From: Deltaproteobacteria bacterium
GTDB taxonomy: Bacteria; Myxococcota_A; Polyangia; Haliangiales; Haliangiaceae
NCBI GenBank assembly: GCA_029565465.1
Contig: JAKQOD010000652.1
Span: 1 to 61,119, forward strand
Direction: 5' to 3'
Length of the DNA: 61,119 nt
Part shown: positions 18,597-28,250 of the stretch, in pieces
Layout of the letters: every line of letters starts with the position of its first letter
Position numbering within the stretch: position 1 is the stretch's first letter
Made by a program: the position numbers and the translations under genes
The notes under the pieces: model-generated
Databases searched by the model: none
The model's input: the letters and a program-made list of their open reading frames with translations, nothing else
Told to the model about the DNA's origin: nothing

Positions 18597-19601
18597 ATGA
18601 AAGCCTCGCGCGCCCTCACCGAAGTTAGTGTTGCTGCCAAACTTGCTGCTGCAGCTTTTGATGTCACTCGGCCAGTGCTCGCAAACTTGATCGTGACGCG
18701 ACGCTGCAACCTAAGTTGTGGCTATTGCCACGAGTTCGATGCGGTTAGTCCACCAGTGCCGCTAGCAGACTTGACTGCGCGCATCGATCGCCTCGCTGAA
18801 CTAGGCACCATTTTGGTGACGTTGACCGGCGGTGAATCGTTATTGCACCCCGATATTGTGCGTGTGGTTGCACACGTCAAACAACGCGGCATGGTGCCGC
18901 TGCTTAACACCAATGGTTTTCTGCTAACCAAGCAACACATCCTTGCGCTCAACGCCGCAGGCCTGCATGGCATGCAGATCAGCGTCGATAATGTCACACC
19001 AACGGCAGTGAGCAAAAAGTCGCTCAAGACGTTGTTGCCCAAGCTGAAGTTGCTGGCCAAACACGCCGAGTTTCGCGTGCGCGTGGCCAGCGTGCTGAAC
19101 AACGATCGCCCCGCCGATGCGCTCGTCGTCGCCAAAACTGCGCTCGAACTTGGCCTCGAAACCAAAGCCATGTTGGCGCGTGACAGCCAAGGCGCATTGT
19201 TGCCAGTTGCCGACGAGACCGCAGCCGTCTACCGCGACATTCTCGCACTTGGGAAACGTAGTTCGAGTTACTTGAGCGAAGACTTTCAAAGCAAACTGTT
19301 GGCCGAAGGCAACTCGGCTTGGAAATGCCGCGCTGGTGCGCGCTACTTTCACGTGAGTGAAAACGGTGATGTGCATTTTTGCCCTGCACACGCCCATAAA
19401 CCTGGCATCCCGATCTTGGCGCTGACGCCCGACCACATTCGCCAAGCTTTCTATACGCAAAAGCCATGTGCCGAGCGCTGCACCCAGCCGTACGCACATC
19501 AAATCAGTGCGCTCGATAAATTTCGTAGCCAACCGGGCCGCGTAACGTTGCCAGCCCGGCTGCCGGCACCAAAAGTGGTGCGGTTGCCAGTGGTTCAGTA
19601 A
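18597..19601 (+). CDS. Radical SAM protein
   Basis: LIVTRRCNLSCGYCHE contains the canonical C-x3-C-x2-C cluster. It is followed by TLTGGESLL (a SAM-binding GGE motif) and a Cys-containing C-terminal region (KCRAGARYFHVSENGDVHFCPAH ... KPCAERC). Confidence 0.85.
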   Translation: MKASRALTEVSVAAKLAAAAFDVTRPVLANLIVTRRCNLSCGYCHEFDAVSPPVPLADLTARIDRLAELGTILVTLTGGESLLHPDIVRVVAHVKQRGMVPLLNTNGFLLTKQHILALNAAGLHGMQISVDNVTPTAVSKKSLKTLLPKLKLLAKHAEFRVRVASVLNNDRPADALVVAKTALELGLETKAMLARDSQGALLPVADETAAVYRDILALGKRSSSYLSEDFQSKLLAEGNSAWKCRAGARYFHVSENGDVHFCPAHAHKPGIPILALTPDHIRQAFYTQKPCAERCTQPYAHQISALDKFRSQPGRVTLPARLPAPKVVRLPVVQ

Positions 19602-19762
19602 ATCTCTGACTGGCCGAATATGTCGATGTCTACACACCGCGCTGGAGCCAACCAGCGCTGGCAAGTATAGGCGCCACCCGCGAAACGTCAGCGCTAAGCT
19701 CCTGACAATACGTCACTTTAAGCCGGCGATGGCTGGCCTCGGCGTTGCAATAAGCCAGCGCC

Positions 19763-20503
19763 ATGAAACACCTTCGCGCTGCAGCCATCGTAGTTTCACT
19801 GACGTCCAGTTTAGTCGGCTGTGCAAGCGAACCTCCAGCGCCTGCCGTCTGCGACGAAGTTGCAGCACAGCTCGAAGGCTGCAATGCCGAACAATCCGCG
19901 GCACTGCTCGAAAGCTGCCGCGCCCAGCCTGAAGATGCATCGTTCGAAGCGCTTTCCACCGAAGAAATTGGCGCTGCTTGTCGTCCAGCCGACGATGGCA
20001 AAGCCGATGTGTACGCCAGCTTGACGGCAGTTTGTGTTGCAACCATGTACGGTCTCAAATGGACCATCACCGCGTTGTCGCCAACCACACAGCCGCTTAG
20101 CGACGATGTCAAAAAACAGTTGCGCCCAACCTTTGGCGCCTTGGTTGATAGCGCGCGCATCACCACCGGTGGCGTGTTGCCGCCTGGAATCAAGATTGGC
20201 GATCACCAACTTTCCGTCACGCCCGGCGCGATGACGTTCGGCAACAAGATCTTCATCGACAAAGAATGGGGCGCCACCATCAGCAAACGTGAATTGCTGC
20301 TGACCACCGTCCATGAAATGCAACACGTGCAACAAGTCGAACGCGCTGGCGGCTTCTTAGGCTTCGCCCGCGAATACTGCCGCGAAACGATCGCCGTTGA
20401 CTTCGACTACTACGCCATTCCGCTCGAAATCAACGCAGCGTCGGTTGAAGACGTCGCACGGATCAATTTGCAAAAAGGCTGCACGACTGTGTTTTGCAAG
20501 TAG
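19763..20503 (+). CDS. Lipoprotein with a DUF4157-like putative zinc-metallopeptidase domain
   Basis: MKHLRAAAIVVSLTSSLVGCAS (lipobox). The C-terminal part reads ...PLSDDVKKQLRPTFGALVDSARI...GAMTFGNKIFID...LLLTTVHEMQHVQQVE, matching the DUF4157 pattern that ends in HE..H..QQ. Confidence 0.65.
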   Translation: MKHLRAAAIVVSLTSSLVGCASEPPAPAVCDEVAAQLEGCNAEQSAALLESCRAQPEDASFEALSTEEIGAACRPADDGKADVYASLTAVCVATMYGLKWTITALSPTTQPLSDDVKKQLRPTFGALVDSARITTGGVLPPGIKIGDHQLSVTPGAMTFGNKIFIDKEWGATISKRELLLTTVHEMQHVQQVERAGGFLGFAREYCRETIAVDFDYYAIPLEINAASVEDVARINLQKGCTTVFCK

Positions 20504-20510
20504 CCCGTTG

Positions 20511-21035
20511 CTACGGTTCGCCGTCCCAATAATCGAGCGCGTCGCCGCGGCGTTGCCGCAACGAGTGGCCATCGGCAAACGCCCCAAGCTTGTCAGAGTC
20601 AGGGTAGTAACAAATCTCTGGCCGCTCTTGCGTGCTGATCGAGAGATACTTCATTGGTGCGTCTGACGTATTGATAAACTGATGCGGATACGCTGGCCCC
20701 GGCGGAATAAACACCACATCGCCTGCGCGCACGGGCAACATTTCGCCAGCCACACGCAGCGAGCCTTGCCCCTCGAGAATCACAAACATTTCTTCTTGCG
20801 CCAAATGATAGTGATACGGGCAACTGCGTTTGCCTGGCGCCAACACGTCGTAGCCAGCGCCGAGCTTTTGCGCTGCGGTGCCGGCGGAAACTGCGCCGCT
20901 TGCCGAATCGTACAGTGGCGCCCTCGGCTCCCGCGCCAGCGCAACGTGGTCGACATTGCGGATCAACGCCGCGGCCAGGGTTGCGGCGTTCGCATGGGAT
21001 GATGGCGTAACAACCGAAGAATCTATGCTCGACAT
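20511..21035 (-). CDS. Cupin-domain protein
   Basis: ATG at 21035 (the track start at 21068 is GTG). PYHYHLAQEEMFVILEGQGSLRVAGEMLPVRAGDVVFIPPGPAYPHQFIN carries the two cupin motifs. Confidence 0.8.
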   Translation of the reverse strand: MSSIDSSVVTPSSHANAATLAAALIRNVDHVALAREPRAPLYDSASGAVSAGTAAQKLGAGYDVLAPGKRSCPYHYHLAQEEMFVILEGQGSLRVAGEMLPVRAGDVVFIPPGPAYPHQFINTSDAPMKYLSISTQERPEICYYPDSDKLGAFADGHSLRQRRGDALDYWDGEP

Positions 21036-21087
21036 ACCGATTCGTAGCCTGAATCGCGCTCGCGACACAAGCCAGGCTTGTTAGCCT

Positions 21088-21141
21088 CGCGTGCAACAAG
21101 TCGAACGTGCTAGCGGCTGCTCCACTGTGCTTTACAAGTAG
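21088..21141 (+). pseudogene. Degenerate 54-nt copy of the 3' end of the DUF4157-like gene
   Basis: CGCGTGCAACAAGTCGAACGTGCTAGCGGCTGCTCCACTGTGCTTTACAAGTAG aligns to 20324-20353 (CACGTGCAACAAGTCGAACGCGCTGGCGGCT) joined directly to 20477-20503 (GGCTGCACGACTGTGTTTTGCAAGTAG). It would read RVQQVERASGCSTVLYK* versus HVQQVERAGGF...KGCTTVFCK*. Confidence 0.6.
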
Positions 21142-21146
21142 CGCGA

Positions 21147-21563
21147 TTAGCGCTTTGCCAGCCCACGCAAAATATCAACGCGATTCGACGGCGCATCCGG
21201 CGCGAAAAAATCCGCTAACGTAGTCGCCGTGCGTCGCGGTCGAGACAAAAACGCCACGGGCCACTCAGTGATCCGCTCGGCCTTCACATGGATGAATTGA
21301 CCTGGCTCGGGCTCCGAAATGTATTCGCGCTGCAAAATCAACGCGAGCGGTTCGCCAGCGCCGCGGGTAGCCTGCGAAAAAGCTAACGCCTCCTCGTAGG
21401 TCGCGAAGGCACAGTAGTAGTCATCGCCGTCGCCATGGCACCACACGCGATACTCCAACACCGCGTCCCAGACATAGCCACCGCCGGCTTTGGCCAATGC
21501 TGGATATTTGCCAACTTTACGGCGATTAAGCACAACCGGATATTCTGCCATTTTATTGCTCAT
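21147..21563 (-). CDS. Hypothetical cytoplasmic protein (138 aa)
   Basis: Coding-like ORF. Its ATG directly follows the stop of the upstream M50-like gene (TGAATG). Confidence 0.6.
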   Translation of the reverse strand: MSNKMAEYPVVLNRRKVGKYPALAKAGGGYVWDAVLEYRVWCHGDGDDYYCAFATYEEALAFSQATRGAGEPLALILQREYISEPEPGQFIHVKAERITEWPVAFLSRPRRTATTLADFFAPDAPSNRVDILRGLAKR

Positions 21564-22769
21564 TCAAACTCCGTTAGGAAACGGCAACCGTGCCGCAGCA
21601 ACGTGTGCCCGTGCCAGCGGCAGCAAGTTACACAAGTGATCGAGCGCGGCTGCATCGGCTAGCCATTTGGCAGCAGCAGTGTGGTCGCCTAGCGCAGCGT
21701 AGTTCATGGCTACATACGCAGCGATATCGGCGCGCTCGTCGGCGCGAGTAGCCTCAGCAAAGGTTGGCAAGAGCAAATCAAGAGCGGCACTCGATTGACC
21801 TTGCCAGCCCAGAATTGCACCGTGGGTGCGGCGGGCATGGCGTTTGTCTGGCAGTGCGGCCAGCGCTTGCGCAATCAACGTGGCGGCTTCGTCGCGCTGC
21901 GCTTCGTTTTGTTGCTGAAACAAAACCCCTGCAAGCAGGCATTGCACCTCGGCGCGCAACTGAGGTGGCGCATCAGATGCCAGCACCTGGCGAAAACACT
22001 GTTCTGCCAGAACATGATCGTTGGCGCATTCAGCAACCACGCCACGAGCGTACTTCAAGAACTGGTCGTTTGGTGCTGCACGCAATGCGTCGTCGACGAG
22101 CGCTGCCGCCATGCCGAACGCCTTCTGCTCGGTTGCGTGGTTGATGGCAATGATCAGCCCTGACTGGCTCAGATCGTTGAGGTCGACGTCGTCCATGCGT
22201 GCATACGCGATGACTTTGTCGATGTCGGAATACGGCGCGCGTTTGCCCAGCACGTTGAATGGCGAAAGCGACACAAGCAGCGTGAGTGCGTTGGCCCAAA
22301 CCAGATTCGCCCACAACGCTGGCCCCGCGAGCATATCGTTGCCGGGCAGCCAATCACTCACCGGCGATTGGTTCATTTTCACTGACGCTAACCAGAGCCC
22401 AGCAGTAGCCGCCGGCCCTGCTAGGTACGTAATAACAAGGCGCCAACGTAAGCCAGTGCGCTTCGGCGACCACCAATGCGTCGTGCTGTATACGGGTACG
22501 CCGAAGATTATTACCGGGACTGTACCCACTCGGAACTTACGCCACTGTGGCCCAGCGCCAACTTCAATCAACGCCAGTCGAATACCGACGAGCCGACCGA
22601 CGGCATAGTGAGCAAATTCATGCACTGTTATTGCGGCCAGCATCGCCAACACGCCCAGCGGCGCGTTCCACCAACTGCTCGGATGTACTGGCCCTCCACG
22701 CAACGACACGCCTGCGACCAGTATCAAGGGCACCAGCAGCAGCAACAGTGGCCAAACAATCTTCCTCAT
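21564..22769 (-). CDS. Membrane metalloprotease (M50/site-2-protease-like) fused to a TPR-like C-terminal domain
   Basis: N-terminal TM helices with AITVHEFAHYAVGRLVGIRLALIEVGAGP (HExxH inside a TM segment, context like RseP VHEFGHF...SIGFG). The C-terminal ~200 aa are helical-repeat (TPR-like). Confidence 0.65.
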   Translation of the reverse strand: MRKIVWPLLLLLVPLILVAGVSLRGGPVHPSSWWNAPLGVLAMLAAITVHEFAHYAVGRLVGIRLALIEVGAGPQWRKFRVGTVPVIIFGVPVYSTTHWWSPKRTGLRWRLVITYLAGPAATAGLWLASVKMNQSPVSDWLPGNDMLAGPALWANLVWANALTLLVSLSPFNVLGKRAPYSDIDKVIAYARMDDVDLNDLSQSGLIIAINHATEQKAFGMAAALVDDALRAAPNDQFLKYARGVVAECANDHVLAEQCFRQVLASDAPPQLRAEVQCLLAGVLFQQQNEAQRDEAATLIAQALAALPDKRHARRTHGAILGWQGQSSAALDLLLPTFAEATRADERADIAAYVAMNYAALGDHTAAAKWLADAAALDHLCNLLPLARAHVAAARLPFPNGV

Positions 22770-22899
22770 CCCGCGCGCACCTTACCGGTCCACCGCCTTT
22801 AACACAGCAGCACGCGTGGCCATTTTGCCTACATCCAGGCACGTACGGCGCGGCATTTGATCGATTGCACCGCTGCGCCGCAACGCCTACCATCACAAC

Positions 22900-23751
22900 A
22901 TGGGGCAATCACACTGGTTCGCAGTGCTTGGTATCGGCTTGGCTATTAGCTGTTCGAAGCAAGCCAACAATGGCGCTGACGGCAATCCCAGCGATCCTGA
23001 TGGCGCAAGCAATCTGTCCGACGCCCGGACCGATGCACCGGTGCAAGCGTCGGCGGGCTGTGGCAAGCCGGCAACGTCGGGCTATCAGTGCTTCGACGAA
23101 ACGTTCGAAGGCGCGCCTCGGCGGTGGTGCATGTTTGTGCCACCTGGTTACGACCCAAACAAACCACACAGCTTAATGCTGGGTTTGCATGGTTGCGGTG
23201 GCTCGCCCGAAGGTGTGCATGGCAACGCTGCTGCGCCCCAAGAGATTTACGCTGCTGCGGACTTTGTGTTTGTGTATCCCAAATCGCTCGGCGATTGTTG
23301 GGAGTACAACAATCCCAATAGCTCCGATTTTCATTTCGTGAAACATGCAATCGCCACTGCGTCAGGCCAACTCTGCGTCGACCAAGCACGCACGTTCGCG
23401 CACGGCATGAGCTCCGGCGGCATGATGGCAAGCAAAGTGCTTTGCCAAAACATCGTTAAGGGCTCTGCAGCGATCTCACTCAACGAAGCGTGCAGCACGC
23501 AGCCTCGCCCCGTGTGGCTCTACGGCGGCACCAGTGACTCGTACTACGATAGTTACATTGCACCCGGCCGCGACGGTTGGATCCGCACCAACGGCTGCAG
23601 CGCAACGACGCAACCGTTAGGCACCGGGCCCTGCGTCGAATATCAAGGATGCCGCGCGCGAACCGTCTGGTGCTCCGATGCGCGTGGCCATGTCTGGCCG
23701 CGCGAACCGTGGGCGGCCGAAGGCATCATGGATTTTTTCCGCTCGTTGTGA
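22900..23751 (+). CDS. Secreted alpha/beta-hydrolase esterase (PHB-depolymerase/LpqC-like family), lipoprotein
   Basis: MGQSHWFAVLGIGLAISCSK (lipobox). SLMLGLHGCGGSP and the nucleophile elbow AHGMSSGGMMA (G-x-S-x-G). Confidence 0.7.
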   Translation: MGQSHWFAVLGIGLAISCSKQANNGADGNPSDPDGASNLSDARTDAPVQASAGCGKPATSGYQCFDETFEGAPRRWCMFVPPGYDPNKPHSLMLGLHGCGGSPEGVHGNAAAPQEIYAAADFVFVYPKSLGDCWEYNNPNSSDFHFVKHAIATASGQLCVDQARTFAHGMSSGGMMASKVLCQNIVKGSAAISLNEACSTQPRPVWLYGGTSDSYYDSYIAPGRDGWIRTNGCSATTQPLGTGPCVEYQGCRARTVWCSDARGHVWPREPWAAEGIMDFFRSL

Positions 23752-24231
23752 ATAGCGTCGACGTTGAATATCGTTCGACTGCGCGACAACAGCGCGACGG
23801 CAGCTGCAAACGTGTTGGTTTCACGCCACCAACGAAGCATAGCTTGATGTTTGGCGGTGCAGCCGAAAGCACCGTGCTCAAAGCGCAGCGGACTGCATCG
23901 TTGAGGTAATTGCCCGTACCACCGCCAACGACGCGCCGTCGCGCCTGGTCGTCCGGGCGGCTGTTCAAGCCACGGGCATGATGACGTGGGTGATTGCAAC
24001 CCACGATTGCGAGGTTCGTAGCAGCGACGAGCAGGCCGACATTGCCCGCTTAGCACTACGCTACGTTGAACGAGCCGCCCGGCAAACGTTGGCATAATTG
24101 TCAGCTCTTGCATCGCAAAGCGTTAGAAAATCATCGCAGCGGCGCTGCTAACACTTCGCAAATCACGCTCTGCCTCATCAAATTAGGTAGTTACACCGCG
24201 GCACGACTGTTGCTTTTGTCTTCGTGCAACT

Positions 24232-25560
24232 ATGAAACACCTATCATTGCTTGTGGGTTCGAGCATGTTCGCGTTGAGCCAAGGTTGTGTCGTCAACGAT
24301 ACCGGACCACAAACCCTCGATTGCAGCGCACCCGACGGACCACGCGTGGTGTTGACTCAACTCGACGGCACCACCCGCGAGTTGCCCGAGATTGCCGCCG
24401 CAACCTCCGCGGCGACTGCGACTACCGTCGATCTTAGCGATGCAGCAGGCACCTTGCGTGTTTGTCCGGGTAAGTACCATGTCAACCTGCACAACATTCA
24501 ACAAACGCTCACCATCGAAGGCCTTGGCACTGAGCGCAGCGACACCGAACTAGTTGGCGATGCCACTCGCAATGCAACCTATGGCGAACGCGCGGTGCTG
24601 CAACTCGGTGGTGACACGGCTTCGTTGCTGTTGAAGAATCTGGTCATTCGCGACGGCATTTCCCCGTGGGGTGGTGGAATTTCATCGCGCAAACCTGGCC
24701 AACGCGTGGCCGTTGATAATGTGCTGTTTCAAGACAACACGTCAGTGGGCTCAGGCCAAGCACTCGGAGGTGCGATTTTCGCTGCCGGCGAGCTGACCGT
24801 CACGAACTCCAACTTTGTGCACAATGAAACCTATGACGGGGGCGGCGCCATCTACGCACTGGGGCCGCTCAACATCGGCCAATCATCCTTTTCGCAGAAC
24901 CGTTCGCGCACTGGCGGTGCGGTGCTTGCGGTTCACGGTCCAGTCGAAATTCTCGACACGGAGTTCACTGACAACCATGCGTACGACGGTGGCGGTGCCC
25001 TCGAAATCGATGACGCCAGCGCAGCGTTGCACAACGTGCTAGCAGTCCACAATCGGGCCGACCACTACGGCGGCGCGCTCGCTGCGTGGGGTAGCAAGCT
25101 GGCGATCAGCAACAGCACCCTGAATGCCAACACCGCCATGGCTGGTGGCGCGCTGTATTTCGCGGGCGTCACGGCCATGATTGTCGACGGCGGCATCGAC
25201 AACAACACGGCAAACAGCCTGGTCTATGGCTTCGATAACTGGCGTGGCGGTGCGATGTATGCAACCGCCAGCGATGTTTCCTTCACGCGCACAAGCATCG
25301 CCGCCAACGCAGGCGGCAACGGTTTTGCGTTTTACCTCACCAACGAAGGCGCCGTGCCCATCAGTATTGGCGCAACCAAAGTTACCCTCGACAATTGCGA
25401 CTTCGGCTTGAACCAAGCGCCTGGCCAGCTCCCTGACGTTCGCTCCGGTGCGGTTGCAAATCGCCAAACCGAGCCGAGCTTGTTCACCCCCAACATGACC
25501 CCAACCAACACCGTGATCAGCTTCAGTTGCGATGCCCGCGCATGTTCGCAGACCAAATGA
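24232..25560 (+). CDS. Lipoprotein with polymorphic-membrane-protein-type (GGAI / FxxN) parallel beta-helix repeats
   Basis: MKHLSLLVGSSMFALSQGCV (lipobox). Repeated GGAIFAAG...NSNFVHN, GGGAIYALG...SSFSQN, GGAVLAV...TEFTDN, GGGALEI, GGALAAW...NSTLNAN, GGALYFAG. Confidence 0.75.
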   Translation: MKHLSLLVGSSMFALSQGCVVNDTGPQTLDCSAPDGPRVVLTQLDGTTRELPEIAAATSAATATTVDLSDAAGTLRVCPGKYHVNLHNIQQTLTIEGLGTERSDTELVGDATRNATYGERAVLQLGGDTASLLLKNLVIRDGISPWGGGISSRKPGQRVAVDNVLFQDNTSVGSGQALGGAIFAAGELTVTNSNFVHNETYDGGGAIYALGPLNIGQSSFSQNRSRTGGAVLAVHGPVEILDTEFTDNHAYDGGGALEIDDASAALHNVLAVHNRADHYGGALAAWGSKLAISNSTLNANTAMAGGALYFAGVTAMIVDGGIDNNTANSLVYGFDNWRGGAMYATASDVSFTRTSIAANAGGNGFAFYLTNEGAVPISIGATKVTLDNCDFGLNQAPGQLPDVRSGAVANRQTEPSLFTPNMTPTNTVISFSCDARACSQTK

Positions 25561-25566
25561 AGCACG

Positions 25567-26538
25567 CTAAAACGTCATGCCAACGCCAACCGTGATGCCT
25601 TTCGAGTCGTTGCTGCGCTTGAGGTTCTTCATCAGAATGTCGGCGTCGCTAGCATCGAGTTCGCGGGTAAAGGACTCCGCGTAGACTTCGACGAAGCGTG
25701 CGGTCTTCGGTGCGCCCAGCCGCCACCAAGCAGAGGCGCGGTACACGGTCTTGCGCAAATAATCCGACGACACCGCGACTGGCGACCAAATCGCAAGGAC
25801 TTCGATGTCGAGCTTGTCAGGGATAACCACCAACGCTACCCGCGGCTTGGCGTACGCGTACGAATGGATGTTGCCCCATGCCACGCCAAATGAATTCCCG
25901 ATGCGAATCGAGCCCGGCTGACCGCGCCCAATGTTGAGCAACGTCATCGGAAAGCCCATCGTAACCGCCACTTCGCCGGGGCCGGTGCGCAAGTAGATAC
26001 CACCTTCGATGCCGTGATAGTTGCCGTATAGCGAGGGCATTCCGAGATACGCACCTTCGACGGCGGCGGCAAAGCCGGTTTTGGTTTCAGCCACGCCCAT
26101 GTCATTGAAACCATCGGCGCTGATGATCCCCACGTTCACATGCGCACGGTGATACGAACCAAGCCCTTTGGCGCGGTTGTATTGCTCACTCCGAAAGGGG
26201 CGCGCCGGTTCAGGCTTTTTGACTTCAGGAGGTGGAGGCGTTGGAGGTACCGGCGTTGGCGGCGGCGTGGCCGGCACTGGCGGAGTCGGCGCGGGATCGG
26301 TCGCGGGTGGAGGCGTGGGCGTTGTTGGTGCTGTCGGTGCTGTTGTCGCCGGCGTTGTCGGTGCTGTTGTCGGCGGCGTTGGGCTCACCGGCGCTGTTGC
26401 CGGCGGCGTTGGGCTCACCGGCGCGTCACCGGGATTTGCGGCCCCAGCACCGGCCACGCTGACACACCATGTTGCCGCGGTTGCCGCCACCGCAACAGCC
26501 AAGCGTATTCCTGTTGATCGTTCGTTGGAATTCTTCAT
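25567..26538 (-). CDS. Secreted protein: Pro/Thr-rich linker plus a beta-barrel-like C-terminal domain (putative outer-membrane protein)
   Basis: Signal peptide ...VSVAGAGA. A ~70-aa PT-rich tract (PTPPATAPVSPTPPTTAPTTPATT...). The C-terminal part alternates hydrophobic residues and ends in ...GVGMTF (terminal Phe). Confidence 0.65.
   Translation of the reverse strand: MKNSNERSTGIRLAVAVAATAATWCVSVAGAGAANPGDAPVSPTPPATAPVSPTPPTTAPTTPATTAPTAPTTPTPPPATDPAPTPPVPATPPPTPVPPTPPPPEVKKPEPARPFRSEQYNRAKGLGSYHRAHVNVGIISADGFNDMGVAETKTGFAAAVEGAYLGMPSLYGNYHGIEGGIYLRTGPGEVAVTMGFPMTLLNIGRGQPGSIRIGNSFGVAWGNIHSYAYAKPRVALVVIPDKLDIEVLAIWSPVAVSSDYLRKTVYRASAWWRLGAPKTARFVEVYAESFTRELDASDADILMKNLKRSNDSKGITVGVGMTF
26371..26424. 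repeat. 30-bp tandem duplication inside the Pro/Thr-rich linker
   Basis: CGGCGGCGTTGGGCTCACCGGCGC occurs at 26371-26394 and again at 26401-26424. It encodes APVSPTPP(A/T)T twice on the minus strand. Confidence 0.75.
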
Positions 26539-26547
26539 GGTGGCCTT

Positions 26548-27429
26548 TTAAAACCGCAGTCCTGCCGATACCCAATACCCAGGCTTCGACACCTTGCCAA
26601 CGTTGGGCATTGTTAGCCCACCCATCAACGACACTCGACCAAACAGCGCAACCTGTGCTGCCGCGGTCAGCGGATGCCGTCGCACCAAATATTCCATGCG
26701 ACCGTCGCTGGTCATCTTCGTTGCAGGGTCGTCGCTGTACGCCATCCAGTTCCAGTCGACCTGCAGCATCGTGCGCACTTTGCTAAAAGCGTACTGCAAC
26801 CGGAACGGCATGCCGATGTACTCGTAGCCAACCACGGAATTGACGCCGTCCTTGACCACGTTCGAATCGACGTTGCCAATGCCAAAGCCACTTTCGAAGG
26901 CCCAGCTTTTGCCGCCAGTGCCAAGATAGAAGTTCATCTTGTAGCCCGATGCATCGCCACGGCCAAATCGGTCGCGCGAGAATACTTGCAGCTCAAAGTC
27001 GGCATTTCTCGTCGAGAAAACGCCATCGATCGCATTATTCGCCGACGCCCGCATCGCGGCTTTTTCCTCTTCCGAGTAATACGTCGTGCGAGTTTCGGTA
27101 ATGATGTAATCGCTGGTGACCGTGGTACGCGTTTCTACCGATTTCGGCCCCGACTGCGCCAACGCGGAGCTGACCGCAATCACCAACCCTGCCGTTGCGC
27201 GCGTTACCAAGCCGTTACGGTCGCGCCAATACAGCCCCTGCACATTCGGCGTCAGCCCCATTTCGGGCAATGAAAATTCGCCGGTGCCGGCGTACGCGAT
27301 ACCGCCAAGCTCCTCAGTGTACCCATTGATGAGCACATCGCCGTCTTCGAACACGCCTTGCGCAGCTGCGTCGCGCGGCAACGCCGCCAACAGCAGCCAC
27401 ATAATCACAGCAACCCCGATTGCCCGCAT
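26548..27429 (-). CDS. Putative outer-membrane beta-barrel protein
   Basis: Signal peptide MRAIGVAVIMWLLLAALPRDAAA. Alternating beta-strand pattern, ending ...GYWVSAGLRF (terminal Phe). Confidence 0.65.
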   Translation of the reverse strand: MRAIGVAVIMWLLLAALPRDAAAQGVFEDGDVLINGYTEELGGIAYAGTGEFSLPEMGLTPNVQGLYWRDRNGLVTRATAGLVIAVSSALAQSGPKSVETRTTVTSDYIITETRTTYYSEEEKAAMRASANNAIDGVFSTRNADFELQVFSRDRFGRGDASGYKMNFYLGTGGKSWAFESGFGIGNVDSNVVKDGVNSVVGYEYIGMPFRLQYAFSKVRTMLQVDWNWMAYSDDPATKMTSDGRMEYLVRRHPLTAAAQVALFGRVSLMGGLTMPNVGKVSKPGYWVSAGLRF

Positions 27430-27582
27430 ATCCTTCCATTAGATGGAACTTTGGGTCAGCTGTAAACGGCGGCGGTCACAAATTCTCGCACTACCGCTGC
27501 GACATTTGTGTGCGCTGCGTTGTGTGCAGGTTCCCTACGCTGTGCCTTTCGTGGTTACGTGCGCCGCGTGCATCCCAAGATC

Positions 27583-28218
27583 ATGGCAGTTGAAGGCGCC
27601 CCCGGCGTTGGCAAATCGACGCTTGCAGCAAGCCTTGTCGGTGCAACGGTGATTCCTGAAGTCAATCTGCTGTTTGCGCGCCCTCAACCTGAGCCGGCCG
27701 ATTGGTACAACGATCGCCAAACCGCGCGCTGGGAGATGGCAGCACTCGCAGCGGCGCGTAATGAATTCGTGATCCTCGACGGCGACCCGTTGCAACCGGT
27801 GTGGTTCAATCGAATGTTTGGCAACAGTGGCGCAAGCTGGCGCGATGCGTGGCAGTTTTTTCACGCTCGCATCATCGCTGGTCGCATGGCGCTACCCACG
27901 CACTACATCATCGCACACGTCGACGAAGCGACCCGCAACGCACGGCTGCTTGCACGTGAACGTGCGCGCGGCCTCGGCGACGAACGAGCGCAACGCAAAG
28001 TTGAACGCTATCGAACCTTTGCCGATACGCAGCTACCCTATTGGCGCGCACTGGCGGCGCAGTTTCCTGGCTGGGTGCATTTCGTCGAAACGACTGACAT
28101 CGCCAACGCAACTGCAACGTTGCGCGAACTCATAGCTCGCGCCGAAGCAAAACCACCGGCCGCTCTCGATGCTATGGCGTTTATCGAAGCCTGGCTCAGC
28201 AACGTGATCGTCGCCTAG
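27583..28218 (+). CDS. P-loop NTPase / nucleoside-kinase-like protein
   Basis: Start re-picked to the ATG at 27583: MAVEGAPGVGKSTLAASL (Walker A), with a later ILDGDP (Walker B-like). Confidence 0.65.
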   Translation: MAVEGAPGVGKSTLAASLVGATVIPEVNLLFARPQPEPADWYNDRQTARWEMAALAAARNEFVILDGDPLQPVWFNRMFGNSGASWRDAWQFFHARIIAGRMALPTHYIIAHVDEATRNARLLARERARGLGDERAQRKVERYRTFADTQLPYWRALAAQFPGWVHFVETTDIANATATLRELIARAEAKPPAALDAMAFIEAWLSNVIVA

Positions 28219-28250
28219 AATCTAGATGCTTCATCAGCTACGATCATGCA

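Noticed and set aside
23843-24097. Open frame in the 480-bp gap between the esterase and beta-helix genes (…VIARTTANDAPSRLVVRAAVQATGMMTWVIATHDCEVRSSDEQADIARLALRYVERAARQTLA*)
   Set aside because: The composition is protein-like, but there is no ATG/GTG/TTG start with an SD before residue 46 and I recognise no family. It could be a gene remnant. It is not supportable as a feature.
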